From Gemmatimonadales bacterium (GTDB lineage: Bacteria; Gemmatimonadota; Gemmatimonadetes; Gemmatimonadales; GWC2-71-9): a stretch of DNA of 64,000 nt. The position numbers and the translations under genes are program-made. Location of the stretch: positions 41-64,040 of the forward strand of contig JBAIWX010000007.1 in NCBI GenBank assembly GCA_037916975.1, in the 5' to 3' direction. The notes under the pieces are model-generated. The model was given only the letters and a program-made list of their open reading frames with translations. It searched no databases and was not told the DNA's origin. Within the stretch, counting starts at the first letter, position 1; the number at the start of each line of letters is the position of its first letter. Shown one piece after another: positions 43,882 to 52,506 of the stretch.

Positions 43882-43907
43882 GGAGGCCGGCGTCGCCGCC
43901 GGCCTCC
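43882..43907 (-). terminator. Stem-loop between fliC and fliD
   Basis: GGAGGCCGGCG-TCGC-CGCCGGCCTCC, a perfect 11-bp stem 16 nt after the fliC stop. No U-tract, so it may attenuate rather than terminate. Confidence 0.4.
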
Positions 43908-43922
43908 GCGCCGTGGCCGGGC

Positions 43923-44747
43923 TCAGCCGCGGAGCAGCGAGAGCACGCCCTGCGAGGACGCGTTCGCCTGCGCCAGCATCGCCACGCCGGCCTGCTGCAG
44001 CACCTGGAACTTCGTGAAGTTCGTGGTCTCCTCCGCCACGTCGAGGTCGCGGATCACCGACTCGGCCGCCTGGATGTTCTGCTTCCGGATGGCCGCGTTG
44101 TCGGCGGCGTAGTCGATGCGGTTCTGCGCCGCGCCGATCTGGCCGATGACCGCCGCGATCTTGGTGCGCGCGCCGGAGAGCGCGGCGAGCGCGCCCGAGG
44201 CGTTCGCGGTGCTGCTGACCGAGGAGCTGTTGAGGCCCAGGGTCGTGAGGTCGAGGGCGTTGATCGAGATCGTGACCTTCGCCGTCGAGGCGGTCGACGA
44301 GCCGACGCGGAAGTCCTTGTTGGCGTAGCCGCCGGTGAGGAGCGCCGTGCCCTGGTACTGCGTTTCACCCACGATCCGGGTGATTTCGTTCTTGAGCTGC
44401 GTGAACTCGGCGTCGAGGTTCGTCTGGTCGCTCGAGGACACGTTCGCGGTCGCCGACGAGGTCGCCAGCTCGCGCATACGGTCGAGGATGCTCGACAGCT
44501 GGTTCACGGTGCCGTCGGCGATGTCGAGCACGGCGCGCGCCTGGGCGGCGTTGCGCTGCGCGGCGCCGAGGGCCTTGGCCTCGCTCCGCAGGCCGTTGGC
44601 GATCGCCGCGCCCGCCACGTCGTCCGCCGACCGGTTGATGCGGAAGCCCGAGGAGAGCTTCTCGATGCTCCGACCGAGGTTCCGGTTGGTGACGGTGAGG
44701 TTGCGGTAGGCGGCGTTCGCCGAGGTGTTGGTCTGGATGACCGACAT
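43923..44747 (-). CDS. fliC: Flagellin
   Basis: 274 aa from ATG 44747 (AGGAG 8 nt upstream). MSVIQTNTSANAAYRNL...SSGFRINRSADD N-terminus, ...LQQAGVAMLAQANASSQGVLSLLRG C-terminus. Short Ser/Thr-rich central region. Confidence 0.95.
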   Translation of the reverse strand: MSVIQTNTSANAAYRNLTVTNRNLGRSIEKLSSGFRINRSADDVAGAAIANGLRSEAKALGAAQRNAAQARAVLDIADGTVNQLSSILDRMRELATSSATANVSSSDQTNLDAEFTQLKNEITRIVGETQYQGTALLTGGYANKDFRVGSSTASTAKVTISINALDLTTLGLNSSSVSSTANASGALAALSGARTKIAAVIGQIGAAQNRIDYAADNAAIRKQNIQAAESVIRDLDVAEETTNFTKFQVLQQAGVAMLAQANASSQGVLSLLRG

Positions 44748-44761
44748 GGGGACTGCTCCTG

Positions 44762-46873
44762 TTACCGATGATTCCGCGGCGTCCCTGCCACGGTCCTGCG
44801 GGAGACGGGCCGTTGCCGGCCTCGCAGAGCAGTATCGGCAGTCCCCCCGGCGACTTGAGCCGGGGCCGCCCCGGCGGCCCCCAGCGCGGCGCGGAGGGGG
44901 GCGGTCTCGGCGGTGCCGTCGGCGAACGCCACCGCGAGCTCGAGGCCGGCGAGCGGGGCCACCATCGGCTCGGCGCCGGGGCGCGAGGTGTCGTCCAGCT
45001 CGCGGGCGCTCAGGGTGAGCCGCGCGAACCAGGCGGGCTCGGCGTCCCGGCAGGTCACGAGGCCGAAGAGCGCCGCGGTCGCGGGGTCGGTCTCCACCCG
45101 CACGGCGCGCGTGGCGTCGCCGAGCCACGCGAGGCCCTCGGTCATCCCGAGGCCGGTGCGGCACGAGACGAGGTGCGAGGCGGGCTGCGTGTGGTCCACG
45201 GTGCGGCCGCCGAGGGGGAAGGCCTCCGGCCGGTCGCCGCCCAGGTGGGTCGCGTAGAAGAGGGAGCCCCGGTCGAATCCCTCGGGCCGCAGGGTCAGGT
45301 GGCCGAGCCGGAGGGTCCCGAGCGGCTCGCCGGCGAAGTGGAGGCGCCAGCGCAGCCCCACGCGGGTGCCCGCGCCGGCGACGGTCACGCGCTTCTCGAT
45401 CGGCCCGAGCGGCGTGCCGATGCGCGCGTCGAGGTGCAGCGCCTCCGCCGCGGGGTCCCAGGTGAGCTCGGGCTCCACCGCCTCGAGGTCGGTCACCTGC
45501 GGCTGGCCGAGCGCGGCGAGCACGAGGAAGCCGGTGTACTGGTCGGCGCTCAGGCTCATGTCGGCGAAGTAGCCGTGCGGGAGCGAGCCGTAGAGCGGGC
45601 GGTCGCCGTGTGCGCGGACGGTGCAGGCATCCACCGCGAGCCCGCGGCGGCGGTTGAGCCGCACCACGAGCTCCGGCGTCTCCACCACGACGACGCGCCC
45701 CTCCCGCCGGACCTGCACGTGGTCGGGCCAGTGGCCCCGGCCGTGGCGCGGCGGCGGCGCCGTCGGCGGCGCGGGAGGCGCGAGGCGCGCGCGGGCGGCG
45801 GCCCAGCGACGCGGCGTCACGTGGGTGCGGAGGTCGCTCGCCCAGAGGGTGCAGAGGTCGCGCCAGGCCGCGGGGTCCTGCTCGTCGTGCGCGGCCAGCG
45901 CGCGGTAGCGGCGCCAGCAGGCGGAGTTGAGGCCGAGGTCGTCGCGGCCCGTGATCGCCCAGCGGGAGAGGGTGTACTTCGCCTGCTTCTTGACCGGCAC
46001 CGGCTGCTCCGCGTCCCCGAGCGGGAGCACGGGGCCCTCGGGGTCGAGGAGCGCCAGCGCGTCGGAGGGGAGGGCGAGCTCGATGCCGGGCTCCCGCGCC
46101 AGTGCCCCGGCCAGGTGACGGATCCGGTCCCACTCGACGAGCGCCGGCAGCGCCGCCTCGGTGCGGTACCGTCCCGGGCGGAAGTCGAAGACCTCGGCGT
46201 CGCCGCCGTAGAGCGCGAGTGCCCGTGGCTCGCGGCCGGCGAAGCGGCGGAGGTACTCGAGCAGCTCCTCGGGCTCGAGGTCGCCGTGGGCGAGGCGCTG
46301 GAACTTCTGGAAGGCGATCGAGTGGTTCCACAGCACGGGGAGCGTGGAGCCGTCGGCCCCGAGCGCGCGCTGGGGGCGGAGCCCGAGCTCGCGGGGCCAC
46401 CCGGGGTGCAGCGCCGCCGGGTTCTCCCACTCCATCACCAGCGCCTCGTAGCCGGCCTCCCGGTAGAGCGGCACGAGCGAGGCGGACCACGCCTGCTCGT
46501 TCACCAGCGCGAGCGTCGGCCGCCGGCCGAGGAGGCGCTCGTAGGTCGCGTGGCCGAGGGCGAGGTTCCAGCGGTTCACGCGCGCCGGCACGAGGGGGCC
46601 GATGAGCTGGACGTAGCCCGAGCCGACGAATTCCGCCCGGCCCCGGGCGACGAGGGCGCGCAGCTCCTCGAGCCAGCCGGGATCGAGCTCGGCGATGCGC
46701 TCGAGGGTCCACCCCGACGCCTCGAGCCCCACCGGGAGGTGGCCGTCCCGCGCGAGGGCGAGCAGCGGCCGGTAGCAGCGCTCGATCACCTGCGCGTGCT
46801 GCTCCTCCTCCACCGAGGAGAAGGCCAGGTTCAGGTGGAAGACGGTGTAGAGGCGGAGCGCGGCGGTGCTCAT
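44762..46873 (-). CDS. GH57-like (glycoside hydrolase 57 / polysaccharide-deacetylase-type barrel) protein with large C-terminal domain
   Basis: 703 aa from ATG 46873 (ATGA overlap with the ATP-grasp gene). N-terminus LYTVFHLNLAFSSVEEEQ...GLEASGWTLE...GSGYVQLIGPL resembles GH57-type catalytic domains. Family call is tentative. Confidence 0.55.
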   Translation of the reverse strand: MSTAALRLYTVFHLNLAFSSVEEEQHAQVIERCYRPLLALARDGHLPVGLEASGWTLERIAELDPGWLEELRALVARGRAEFVGSGYVQLIGPLVPARVNRWNLALGHATYERLLGRRPTLALVNEQAWSASLVPLYREAGYEALVMEWENPAALHPGWPRELGLRPQRALGADGSTLPVLWNHSIAFQKFQRLAHGDLEPEELLEYLRRFAGREPRALALYGGDAEVFDFRPGRYRTEAALPALVEWDRIRHLAGALAREPGIELALPSDALALLDPEGPVLPLGDAEQPVPVKKQAKYTLSRWAITGRDDLGLNSACWRRYRALAAHDEQDPAAWRDLCTLWASDLRTHVTPRRWAAARARLAPPAPPTAPPPRHGRGHWPDHVQVRREGRVVVVETPELVVRLNRRRGLAVDACTVRAHGDRPLYGSLPHGYFADMSLSADQYTGFLVLAALGQPQVTDLEAVEPELTWDPAAEALHLDARIGTPLGPIEKRVTVAGAGTRVGLRWRLHFAGEPLGTLRLGHLTLRPEGFDRGSLFYATHLGGDRPEAFPLGGRTVDHTQPASHLVSCRTGLGMTEGLAWLGDATRAVRVETDPATAALFGLVTCRDAEPAWFARLTLSARELDDTSRPGAEPMVAPLAGLELAVAFADGTAETAPLRAALGAAGAAPAQVAGGTADTALRGRQRPVSRRTVAGTPRNHR
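44832..44858 (-). promoter_or_regulatory. Sigma-28 promoter of fliC, embedded in the 3' end of the upstream ORF
   Basis: The minus strand reads CTCAAGT CGCCGGGGGGACT GCCGATAC, i.e. TCAA-N15-GCCGATAC, about 85 nt upstream of the fliC ATG. Confidence 0.65.
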
Positions 46874-48090
46874 GCGGCGGTCCGGATGCCGAGCGCGGCC
46901 ACCGCCGCCTCGGCGCGCGCGACGGCCTCGGCGCGGTCGCGGCCCACGGCGATGGCACAGGCGGCGCGCAGCGTGTGGTTCGACGGGGGTGGCAGCTCGT
47001 CGCCGGGGCGCACGAAGCAGACCACGCGGCGCACGCCCGGGAGCGCCGCCGCGCGCTCCACGCCCTCGACCGCGGTCACGCGGCCCGGGGGCGGGAAGGC
47101 GTAGCGGATCGCCACGCCCTCGGCGCGGACGGGGACGAGCTCCTCCGCGCGGACCGTCTCGCCCAGGGCGAGGCGGATCGCGGCGCCGACGAAGTCCACG
47201 CCCGTGTGGAGCGGGATCTGGTCGGAGGAGAGCCAGCCGCCGCTCAGGCGCGCGGCGATCTCGATCACCTTCGGGCCCTCCGGGGTGAGGACCATGTCTC
47301 CCTTGATCACGCCCCGCGCGATCCCGAGCGCCGCCCCGGCGCGGGCCGCGAGCTCGGCGACGGCGTCGCGGTCCCGCGGCGCCAGCACCGACGGCTGCTG
47401 GCCGCCGTTCTCGATGATGAACGGTGCGTAGCGGTCGAGCAGCTCGTAGTTCCGCTCGGCGAAGCCCAGCGTCACCGTCCGGTCGCCCAGCGCGAGCGCC
47501 TCCGTGCTGAACTGCGGCCCCGTTTCGTATTCCTCGACCATCACCCGCCCGGTCGGGCTGTGGCGCACCGACTCGGCCCACGCCCACGCGGGGTCGGTGT
47601 CGCGCGCGAGGCGGAGGACGCCGCGCGCGCCGCGGCTGTCCACCGGCTTGAGCACGAGGGGGCGTGGGTGGTCGCGGAGGAGCGCGCCGAGCTCGGCGGC
47701 GCCCGCGACCGGACGGAACCACGGCACCGCCACCCCCGCGGCGCGGAGCCGCTCCTTCATGGCGAGCTTGTCCGCGGCCAGGTGCGCCGCGTCGAGCGGC
47801 AGGCCGGGGAGGCCGAGGGCATGGGCGACGGTCGCGACGGTGACGGGCACGTCGGCACCCAGGCTCAGCACGCCGTCCACGCGGCCGCCGGCGGCCCGAT
47901 GCGCCGCCGCGGCCCGCACGACCCCCTCCGGGTCGTAGGTGCTCGCCACGAGCACGTGGTCGGCGAGGCGAGCGCCGGGGGCGTCGGGGTTCAGGTCCGC
48001 GACGGCGACGTCGAGGCCCAGCGCGCGGGCGCGCTCGATGCCGGGGACGGCCTCGAGCCCGCCGCCCACGACGAGGAGCGTCCTACGCAC
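46870..48090 (-). CDS. ATP-grasp domain ligase
   Basis: 406 aa. LLVVGGG pre-ATP-grasp Rossmann region, DKLAMKERL...PLVLKPVDSRGARGV...MVEEY...IEIAARLSGG. Confidence 0.8.
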   Translation of the reverse strand: MRRTLLVVGGGLEAVPGIERARALGLDVAVADLNPDAPGARLADHVLVASTYDPEGVVRAAAAHRAAGGRVDGVLSLGADVPVTVATVAHALGLPGLPLDAAHLAADKLAMKERLRAAGVAVPWFRPVAGAAELGALLRDHPRPLVLKPVDSRGARGVLRLARDTDPAWAWAESVRHSPTGRVMVEEYETGPQFSTEALALGDRTVTLGFAERNYELLDRYAPFIIENGGQQPSVLAPRDRDAVAELAARAGAALGIARGVIKGDMVLTPEGPKVIEIAARLSGGWLSSDQIPLHTGVDFVGAAIRLALGETVRAEELVPVRAEGVAIRYAFPPPGRVTAVEGVERAAALPGVRRVVCFVRPGDELPPPSNHTLRAACAIAVGRDRAEAVARAEAAVAALGIRTAA

Positions 48091-49798
48091 GGGTCCACAT
48101 CCGGTCGAGCGTCTGGCCGGCGAGGAGCATCGGCGAGACGTCCTCGAGCGGGTCCACGACGCAGTGGAGCAGGGCGGGGCCCCTGGCCTCGAGGAGGCGG
48201 GCCACCGCCGCGGGCAGCGCCGCCGCGGCCGAGACCGTCTCCGCCTGCAGCCCGTAGGCGCGCGCGATCGCGGCGAAGTCCGGGTTCCACTTGTCGCCGC
48301 AGGTCGGGTCGCGCTGCCAGTTGAGCCGCTGGAACTGCGATACGATGCCGAGGCGGTGGTTGTCGAGCACGACCACCTTCACCGGCAGCTCGTAGGCGAC
48401 GAGCGTCGCGAGCTCCTGGATGTTCATCTGGAGCGAGCCGTCCCCGACGATGCAGAGCACCGTCGTGCCGGGGGCGCAGTGCTGGGCACCCATCGCCACG
48501 GGCAGGTCGAAGCCCATCGCCCCGTGCCCGCCGGAGGTGAGCCAGCGCCGCGTGGGGAAGTCGAAGTCGAAGTGGCGCGCCACCCACTGCTGGTGCGACC
48601 CGACGCCCGAGACGCAGACCACCGGGCGCCCCGCGGTCGCGCGGTTGAGCCCGGCCACCACCGCCTGCGGCTTGAGCGGGTCGCCGCCCTCGACCCGGAG
48701 GCCGTGCTCGGCCCGCCACGCGGCGAGCTGCGCGTGCCACGGGGCCCGGTCGGGGACGCGCCGGCCCCGCAGCGCGGCGAGGAGCCCGGCGAGGCCGTCC
48801 CGCGCGCCGGCGTGGATCACGCAGTGCGAGGCCACGCGCGGGTGCGCGAGCTCGGCGGGATCGAGCTCGATGCGCACGATCCGCGCGCGCGGCGCGAACT
48901 GGTCGGTGCGCGAGCCGGTCTGCCGCAGGTCGAGGCGCGAGCCCACGACGACGAGCACGTCGGCGTGCTGGATCGCGAGGCCGGCGACCTGGTTGCCGGT
49001 GTGCCCGTGGAAGCCGAGCGCGAGCGGGTGCGCCGTCGGGAAGGCGCCCAGCCCGAGGAGGCTCATCGTCACCGGGATCCCGCCCTCGAGCGCGAGGGCG
49101 CGGAGCTCCGTCTCCGCGCCCGCGAGGAGCACCCCCTGCCCGGCGAGGAGGAGCGGCCGTTCCGCCGTCGCGAGCCACTCCGCCGCCTCTGCGAGGCGCG
49201 CCGGGTCGGGCACCAGGACCGGCGCCGGCTCCGCCGGGGCCGGCACGGCCGCGGGCGCCTCGCCCAGCTGGCCGCGCTGCACGTCCATCGGCAGGTCCAC
49301 GAGCACGGGGCCGGGGCGGCCTTCGCCCGCGAGGCGGAACGCCTCGGCCATCGCGCCCGCGACCTCGGCCGGGGTGCGCGGCTGGAACTGCGCCTTGGTG
49401 ATCGGCGCCATGAGGGCGACGGTGTCCACCTCCTGGAAGCCCCGCTGGCGCACCGGCCGGGTGCCGCGCATGTCCCCGGTGCCGACCTGGCCGGTGCACA
49501 CCACGAGCGGCACCGAGTCGAACCAGGCGTCGGCGACCGGGGTCACGACGTTCGTGACGCCGGGTCCCGAGGAGACGAGCACCACCTGCGTGCTGCCGTG
49601 GATGCGCGCGGCGGCGAGCGCGGCGTAGCCGGCGCCCTGCTCGTGCCGGGGGCAGAGGATGCCGATGCCCGCGTCCTCGAGGAGGTCGAGCACCGGGGCG
49701 ATCGTGCCGCCCGGATAGACGTACGCCGACTCGATCGCGTGGCGCCGGAAGGCCGCGACGACCGCGTGGGCGCCGGTGAGGACGAGCGTGTCAACCAA
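48083..49798 (-). CDS. Thiamine-diphosphate-dependent enzyme (acetolactate-synthase-like/YerE-like carboligase)
   Basis: 571 aa. PGGTIAPVLD...HEQGAGYAA...SGPGVTN N-domain, and the ThDP motif IVGDGSLQMNIQELAT. Confidence 0.85.
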   Translation of the reverse strand: MVDTLVLTGAHAVVAAFRRHAIESAYVYPGGTIAPVLDLLEDAGIGILCPRHEQGAGYAALAAARIHGSTQVVLVSSGPGVTNVVTPVADAWFDSVPLVVCTGQVGTGDMRGTRPVRQRGFQEVDTVALMAPITKAQFQPRTPAEVAGAMAEAFRLAGEGRPGPVLVDLPMDVQRGQLGEAPAAVPAPAEPAPVLVPDPARLAEAAEWLATAERPLLLAGQGVLLAGAETELRALALEGGIPVTMSLLGLGAFPTAHPLALGFHGHTGNQVAGLAIQHADVLVVVGSRLDLRQTGSRTDQFAPRARIVRIELDPAELAHPRVASHCVIHAGARDGLAGLLAALRGRRVPDRAPWHAQLAAWRAEHGLRVEGGDPLKPQAVVAGLNRATAGRPVVCVSGVGSHQQWVARHFDFDFPTRRWLTSGGHGAMGFDLPVAMGAQHCAPGTTVLCIVGDGSLQMNIQELATLVAYELPVKVVVLDNHRLGIVSQFQRLNWQRDPTCGDKWNPDFAAIARAYGLQAETVSAAAALPAAVARLLEARGPALLHCVVDPLEDVSPMLLAGQTLDRMWTRA

Positions 49799-50522
49799 GG
49801 TGGAACCCTCCGTTCACGCCGAGCACCTGCCCGGTGACGTAGCCTGCGGCGGGCGACGCGAGGAAGGCGATGGCGTCCGCCACTTCCCCGGCGCTGCCGG
49901 CCCGGCCGAGCGGGACCTGCTGGAGCTTCTGCGCGGCGCCCGCGCTCGCGCGCTCGGCGGCGGTCATCTCGGTCTCGATGAGGCCCGGGGCGACGGCATT
50001 CACGCGGACGCGCGGGGCCCCGAGCCGGGCCAGCGAGCGCGTCAGGCTGATGAGCGCCGCCTTGCTCGCGGCGTAGTGCACGGCGAGCGTCCCGCCCACC
50101 TGCCCGCCGACCGAGCTCACGTTCACCACCGTGCCGGAGGCGTCCTCGAGCAGCGGCCACGCCTCCTGGCAGAGCTGGAAGACGCCCCGGAGGTTCACGG
50201 CGAGCATCTCGTCCCACTCGTCGTCGGTGATCGCGGACCACGGCTTCTGCACGAGCATCCCCGCGTTGTTGACCAGCAGGTCGAGCCCGCCCCACGCGGC
50301 GCGCACGGCGGCGACGAGGGTGCGCGCCGAGGCGCGCTCTCCCTGCGCGTAGGGCAGCGCGAGTGCGCGCCGGCCGATGGCGGAGATGGCGGCGGCGGCG
50401 TCCTGCGCCTCGCGCTCGCGCCGGTGCCAGGTGACGGCGACGTCCCAGCCGGCGCGGGCGAGGGCCAGCGCCGTCGCCCGGCCGATCCCCCGGCCGCCCC
50501 CGGTCACGAGCGCGCGCGGCAC
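49791..50522 (-). CDS. Short-chain dehydrogenase/reductase (FabG-like)
   Basis: 243 aa from GTG 50522. TGGGRGIG, NNAG, S...YAASK catalytic motif, PGLIET. Confidence 0.85.
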   Translation of the reverse strand: MPRALVTGGGRGIGRATALALARAGWDVAVTWHRREREAQDAAAAISAIGRRALALPYAQGERASARTLVAAVRAAWGGLDLLVNNAGMLVQKPWSAITDDEWDEMLAVNLRGVFQLCQEAWPLLEDASGTVVNVSSVGGQVGGTLAVHYAASKAALISLTRSLARLGAPRVRVNAVAPGLIETEMTAAERASAGAAQKLQQVPLGRAGSAGEVADAIAFLASPAAGYVTGQVLGVNGGFHLG

Positions 50523-50524
50523 GG

Positions 50525-51772
50525 TCAGTAGGCCTCGACGCGGTCGTAGAGCCGCACGATCCGCCCGGCGGGCACGCCGAGTTCCTGCGCGGCGGCCGCG
50601 ATCGCCCCGGTGTGGCCGTACGAGGAGACGACGAGGCACGCATCCGCCCAGTCCACGGCGGCGAGCGCGTCGGGGGGCACGATGGGGAGCCCGCGCCAGC
50701 GGCGGCCGAGCTTCACGGGGTCGCGGTCCACGAGGAGGAACTCGCGGCCCGGGTCGTGGAAGAGCGTCGTAAGCTGGTGCAGGAACTCGGTGTGCGCCCC
50801 CGCGCCCCAGATCGCCACCCGCCGGAAGGGGTGCACGGCGGCGAGCCGGGCCTCGACCCGCGCCACGGCGCGGTGCCAGCCGGCGAGGTAGTCGAGGAGG
50901 CGGGCGTGGTCGCCCTCGCTCGCGGTGGGTGCCCGCGGGGTGGCGGGCCGGGCGACGACGCGGCAGCCGCCGTAGCCCGGCGCCATCCACGTCTCGACGA
51001 TCGCCCAGCCGGCGCGCGCGAGCGTCTCCGCGAGGGTGTGCCGGCTGAAGTGCGTCGTGTGCTGGACGGAGAAGAAGCCGTTGATGTCCTCGCGGAGGCC
51101 GGTCTCGAGCACCGGCACCTCGACCACGAGGGCCGTGCCGGCGTGCGCGATGCGCCGCAGGTTCTCGAGCACCTGCACCGGGCGGGGCAGGTGCTCGAGG
51201 ACCATGAACATGGTGATCACGTCGGGCACGGTCGCCGGGCGGAAGTGCTCGAAGTCGCCCAGGACCAGCTCCACCGGCTCGCCTGCGAGGCGTGCGCGGG
51301 CCCGCTCGAGGGCGGGGGCGTCGAGGTCCACGCCGACCTTCCGGAGCCCGGGGCCCATCGTGGCGAGGAGCCGCCCCTCGAAGCAGCCGGCGTCGAGCAC
51401 CGCGGCGCCCGGCTCGAGGAGGCCGCGGGCGCGGAGCCAGGCGACCTGCTCCTCGGGCCGTCCTTCGGTGCTCAGGTACGACTGGCCGGCCTCCGCGAAG
51501 AGGCAGGCGTAGCCGTAGGGGGTGTAGACCGGGTCGAGGTAGAGCGCGAGGCAGTCGCGGCACTGCCGTTCGCGGACATCCACCCGCTTCGGCACCGTCG
51601 CCGAGTCGGTGAAGAACTGGAAGTCGGAGAGCTCGAGCACGGTGCGGGCCCGCCGCGAGTCGCAGACCGGGCAGGGGCGGTGCATGAGCAGCGCGGCGTC
51701 GGTGCGCGCGGGCGCGGCGGCGTCGAGCGCGCTCCAGCGCGCCGCAGGCGCGGCGACAGGGGCGGCAGTCAT
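50525..51772 (-). CDS. SAM-dependent methyltransferase with N-terminal Zn-ribbon and C-terminal Rossmann-like domain (sugar C-methyltransferase architecture)
   Basis: 415 aa. CPVC...CRDC, VLDAGCFEGRL SAM motif, and a C-terminal VAIWGAGAHTEFL domain. Confidence 0.7.
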   Translation of the reverse strand: MTAAPVAAPAARWSALDAAAPARTDAALLMHRPCPVCDSRRARTVLELSDFQFFTDSATVPKRVDVRERQCRDCLALYLDPVYTPYGYACLFAEAGQSYLSTEGRPEEQVAWLRARGLLEPGAAVLDAGCFEGRLLATMGPGLRKVGVDLDAPALERARARLAGEPVELVLGDFEHFRPATVPDVITMFMVLEHLPRPVQVLENLRRIAHAGTALVVEVPVLETGLREDINGFFSVQHTTHFSRHTLAETLARAGWAIVETWMAPGYGGCRVVARPATPRAPTASEGDHARLLDYLAGWHRAVARVEARLAAVHPFRRVAIWGAGAHTEFLHQLTTLFHDPGREFLLVDRDPVKLGRRWRGLPIVPPDALAAVDWADACLVVSSYGHTGAIAAAAQELGVPAGRIVRLYDRVEAY

Positions 51773-52506
51773 CGGATCCCCGAGGGCACGGCGCGGGGCA
51801 CGTGCCGGTTCAGGTCCACGAGGTCGGGCCGGGCGTCGAGCGCGGCCAGGAGGTCGGTCGTCCGGAACGGGCGCGGGAGCGCATCGAGCGCCCCGGCGAG
51901 TGTATCGGCGAAGGCGAGGTCGGCGGGGTCGTCCACCGAGAGCCGGAGGCCGGGCCGGGCGGCGTCACGCGCGGGAATCGGGATCTCCGCCACGCGGAGC
52001 GTGCCGAGCCGGTGCCGCGCGAGGAGGGCGAGGTGCTCGCGCTCGGCGGGGTCGGTCACCGTCGGCGCGAGCGCCGCGAGCGTGGCGACCCGCCAGGGGT
52101 CGATCCCCTCGTGGATGCTCGGCCGGTCGCCGGTGGCGCAGTCGGCGCCGGTGGCCCGCATCACCCGCACGGCGGCGTCCACCACGTCGGGGCAGAGGAA
52201 GGGGCAGTCGCCCGTGATGCGGAGGACGACGTCGAGCGACCAGCGGCGGGCGGCGTCGAGATACCGCTGCAGCACGTCGTCCACCGGCCCGCGATGGCAG
52301 GGGACGCCCGCCGCGTCGCACCACGCCGCGACGGCGTCGTCGCCCGGGTCGGTGGTCGTCGCGACGGCGACGAGGTCGAGCGTGGTCGCGAGCCGGAGCC
52401 GTTCCACCGCGCGCGCGAGCAGCGGCCGGCCGGCGATCGGCCGGAGGACCTTGCCCGGCAGCCGCGTGCTGCCCATGCGGGCCTGGACGACGGCGCCCGC
52501 CCTCAT
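51769..52506 (-). CDS. Cytidylyltransferase (SpsF/PseF-like nonulosonate CMP-transferase family)
   Basis: 245 aa from ATG 52506. AVVQARMGSTRLPGKVL...RITGDCPF. Confidence 0.7.
   Translation of the reverse strand: MRAGAVVQARMGSTRLPGKVLRPIAGRPLLARAVERLRLATTLDLVAVATTTDPGDDAVAAWCDAAGVPCHRGPVDDVLQRYLDAARRWSLDVVLRITGDCPFLCPDVVDAAVRVMRATGADCATGDRPSIHEGIDPWRVATLAALAPTVTDPAEREHLALLARHRLGTLRVAEIPIPARDAARPGLRLSVDDPADLAFADTLAGALDALPRPFRTTDLLAALDARPDLVDLNRHVPRAVPSGIR

Noticed and set aside
43923-46958. 1011-aa ORF suggesting a giant flagellin fusion
   Set aside because: Only the last 274 aa are flagellin. The upstream part is junk in the flagellin frame and overlaps the GH57-like gene in another frame. 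SD, ATG 44747 and a sigma-28 promoter define the real start.
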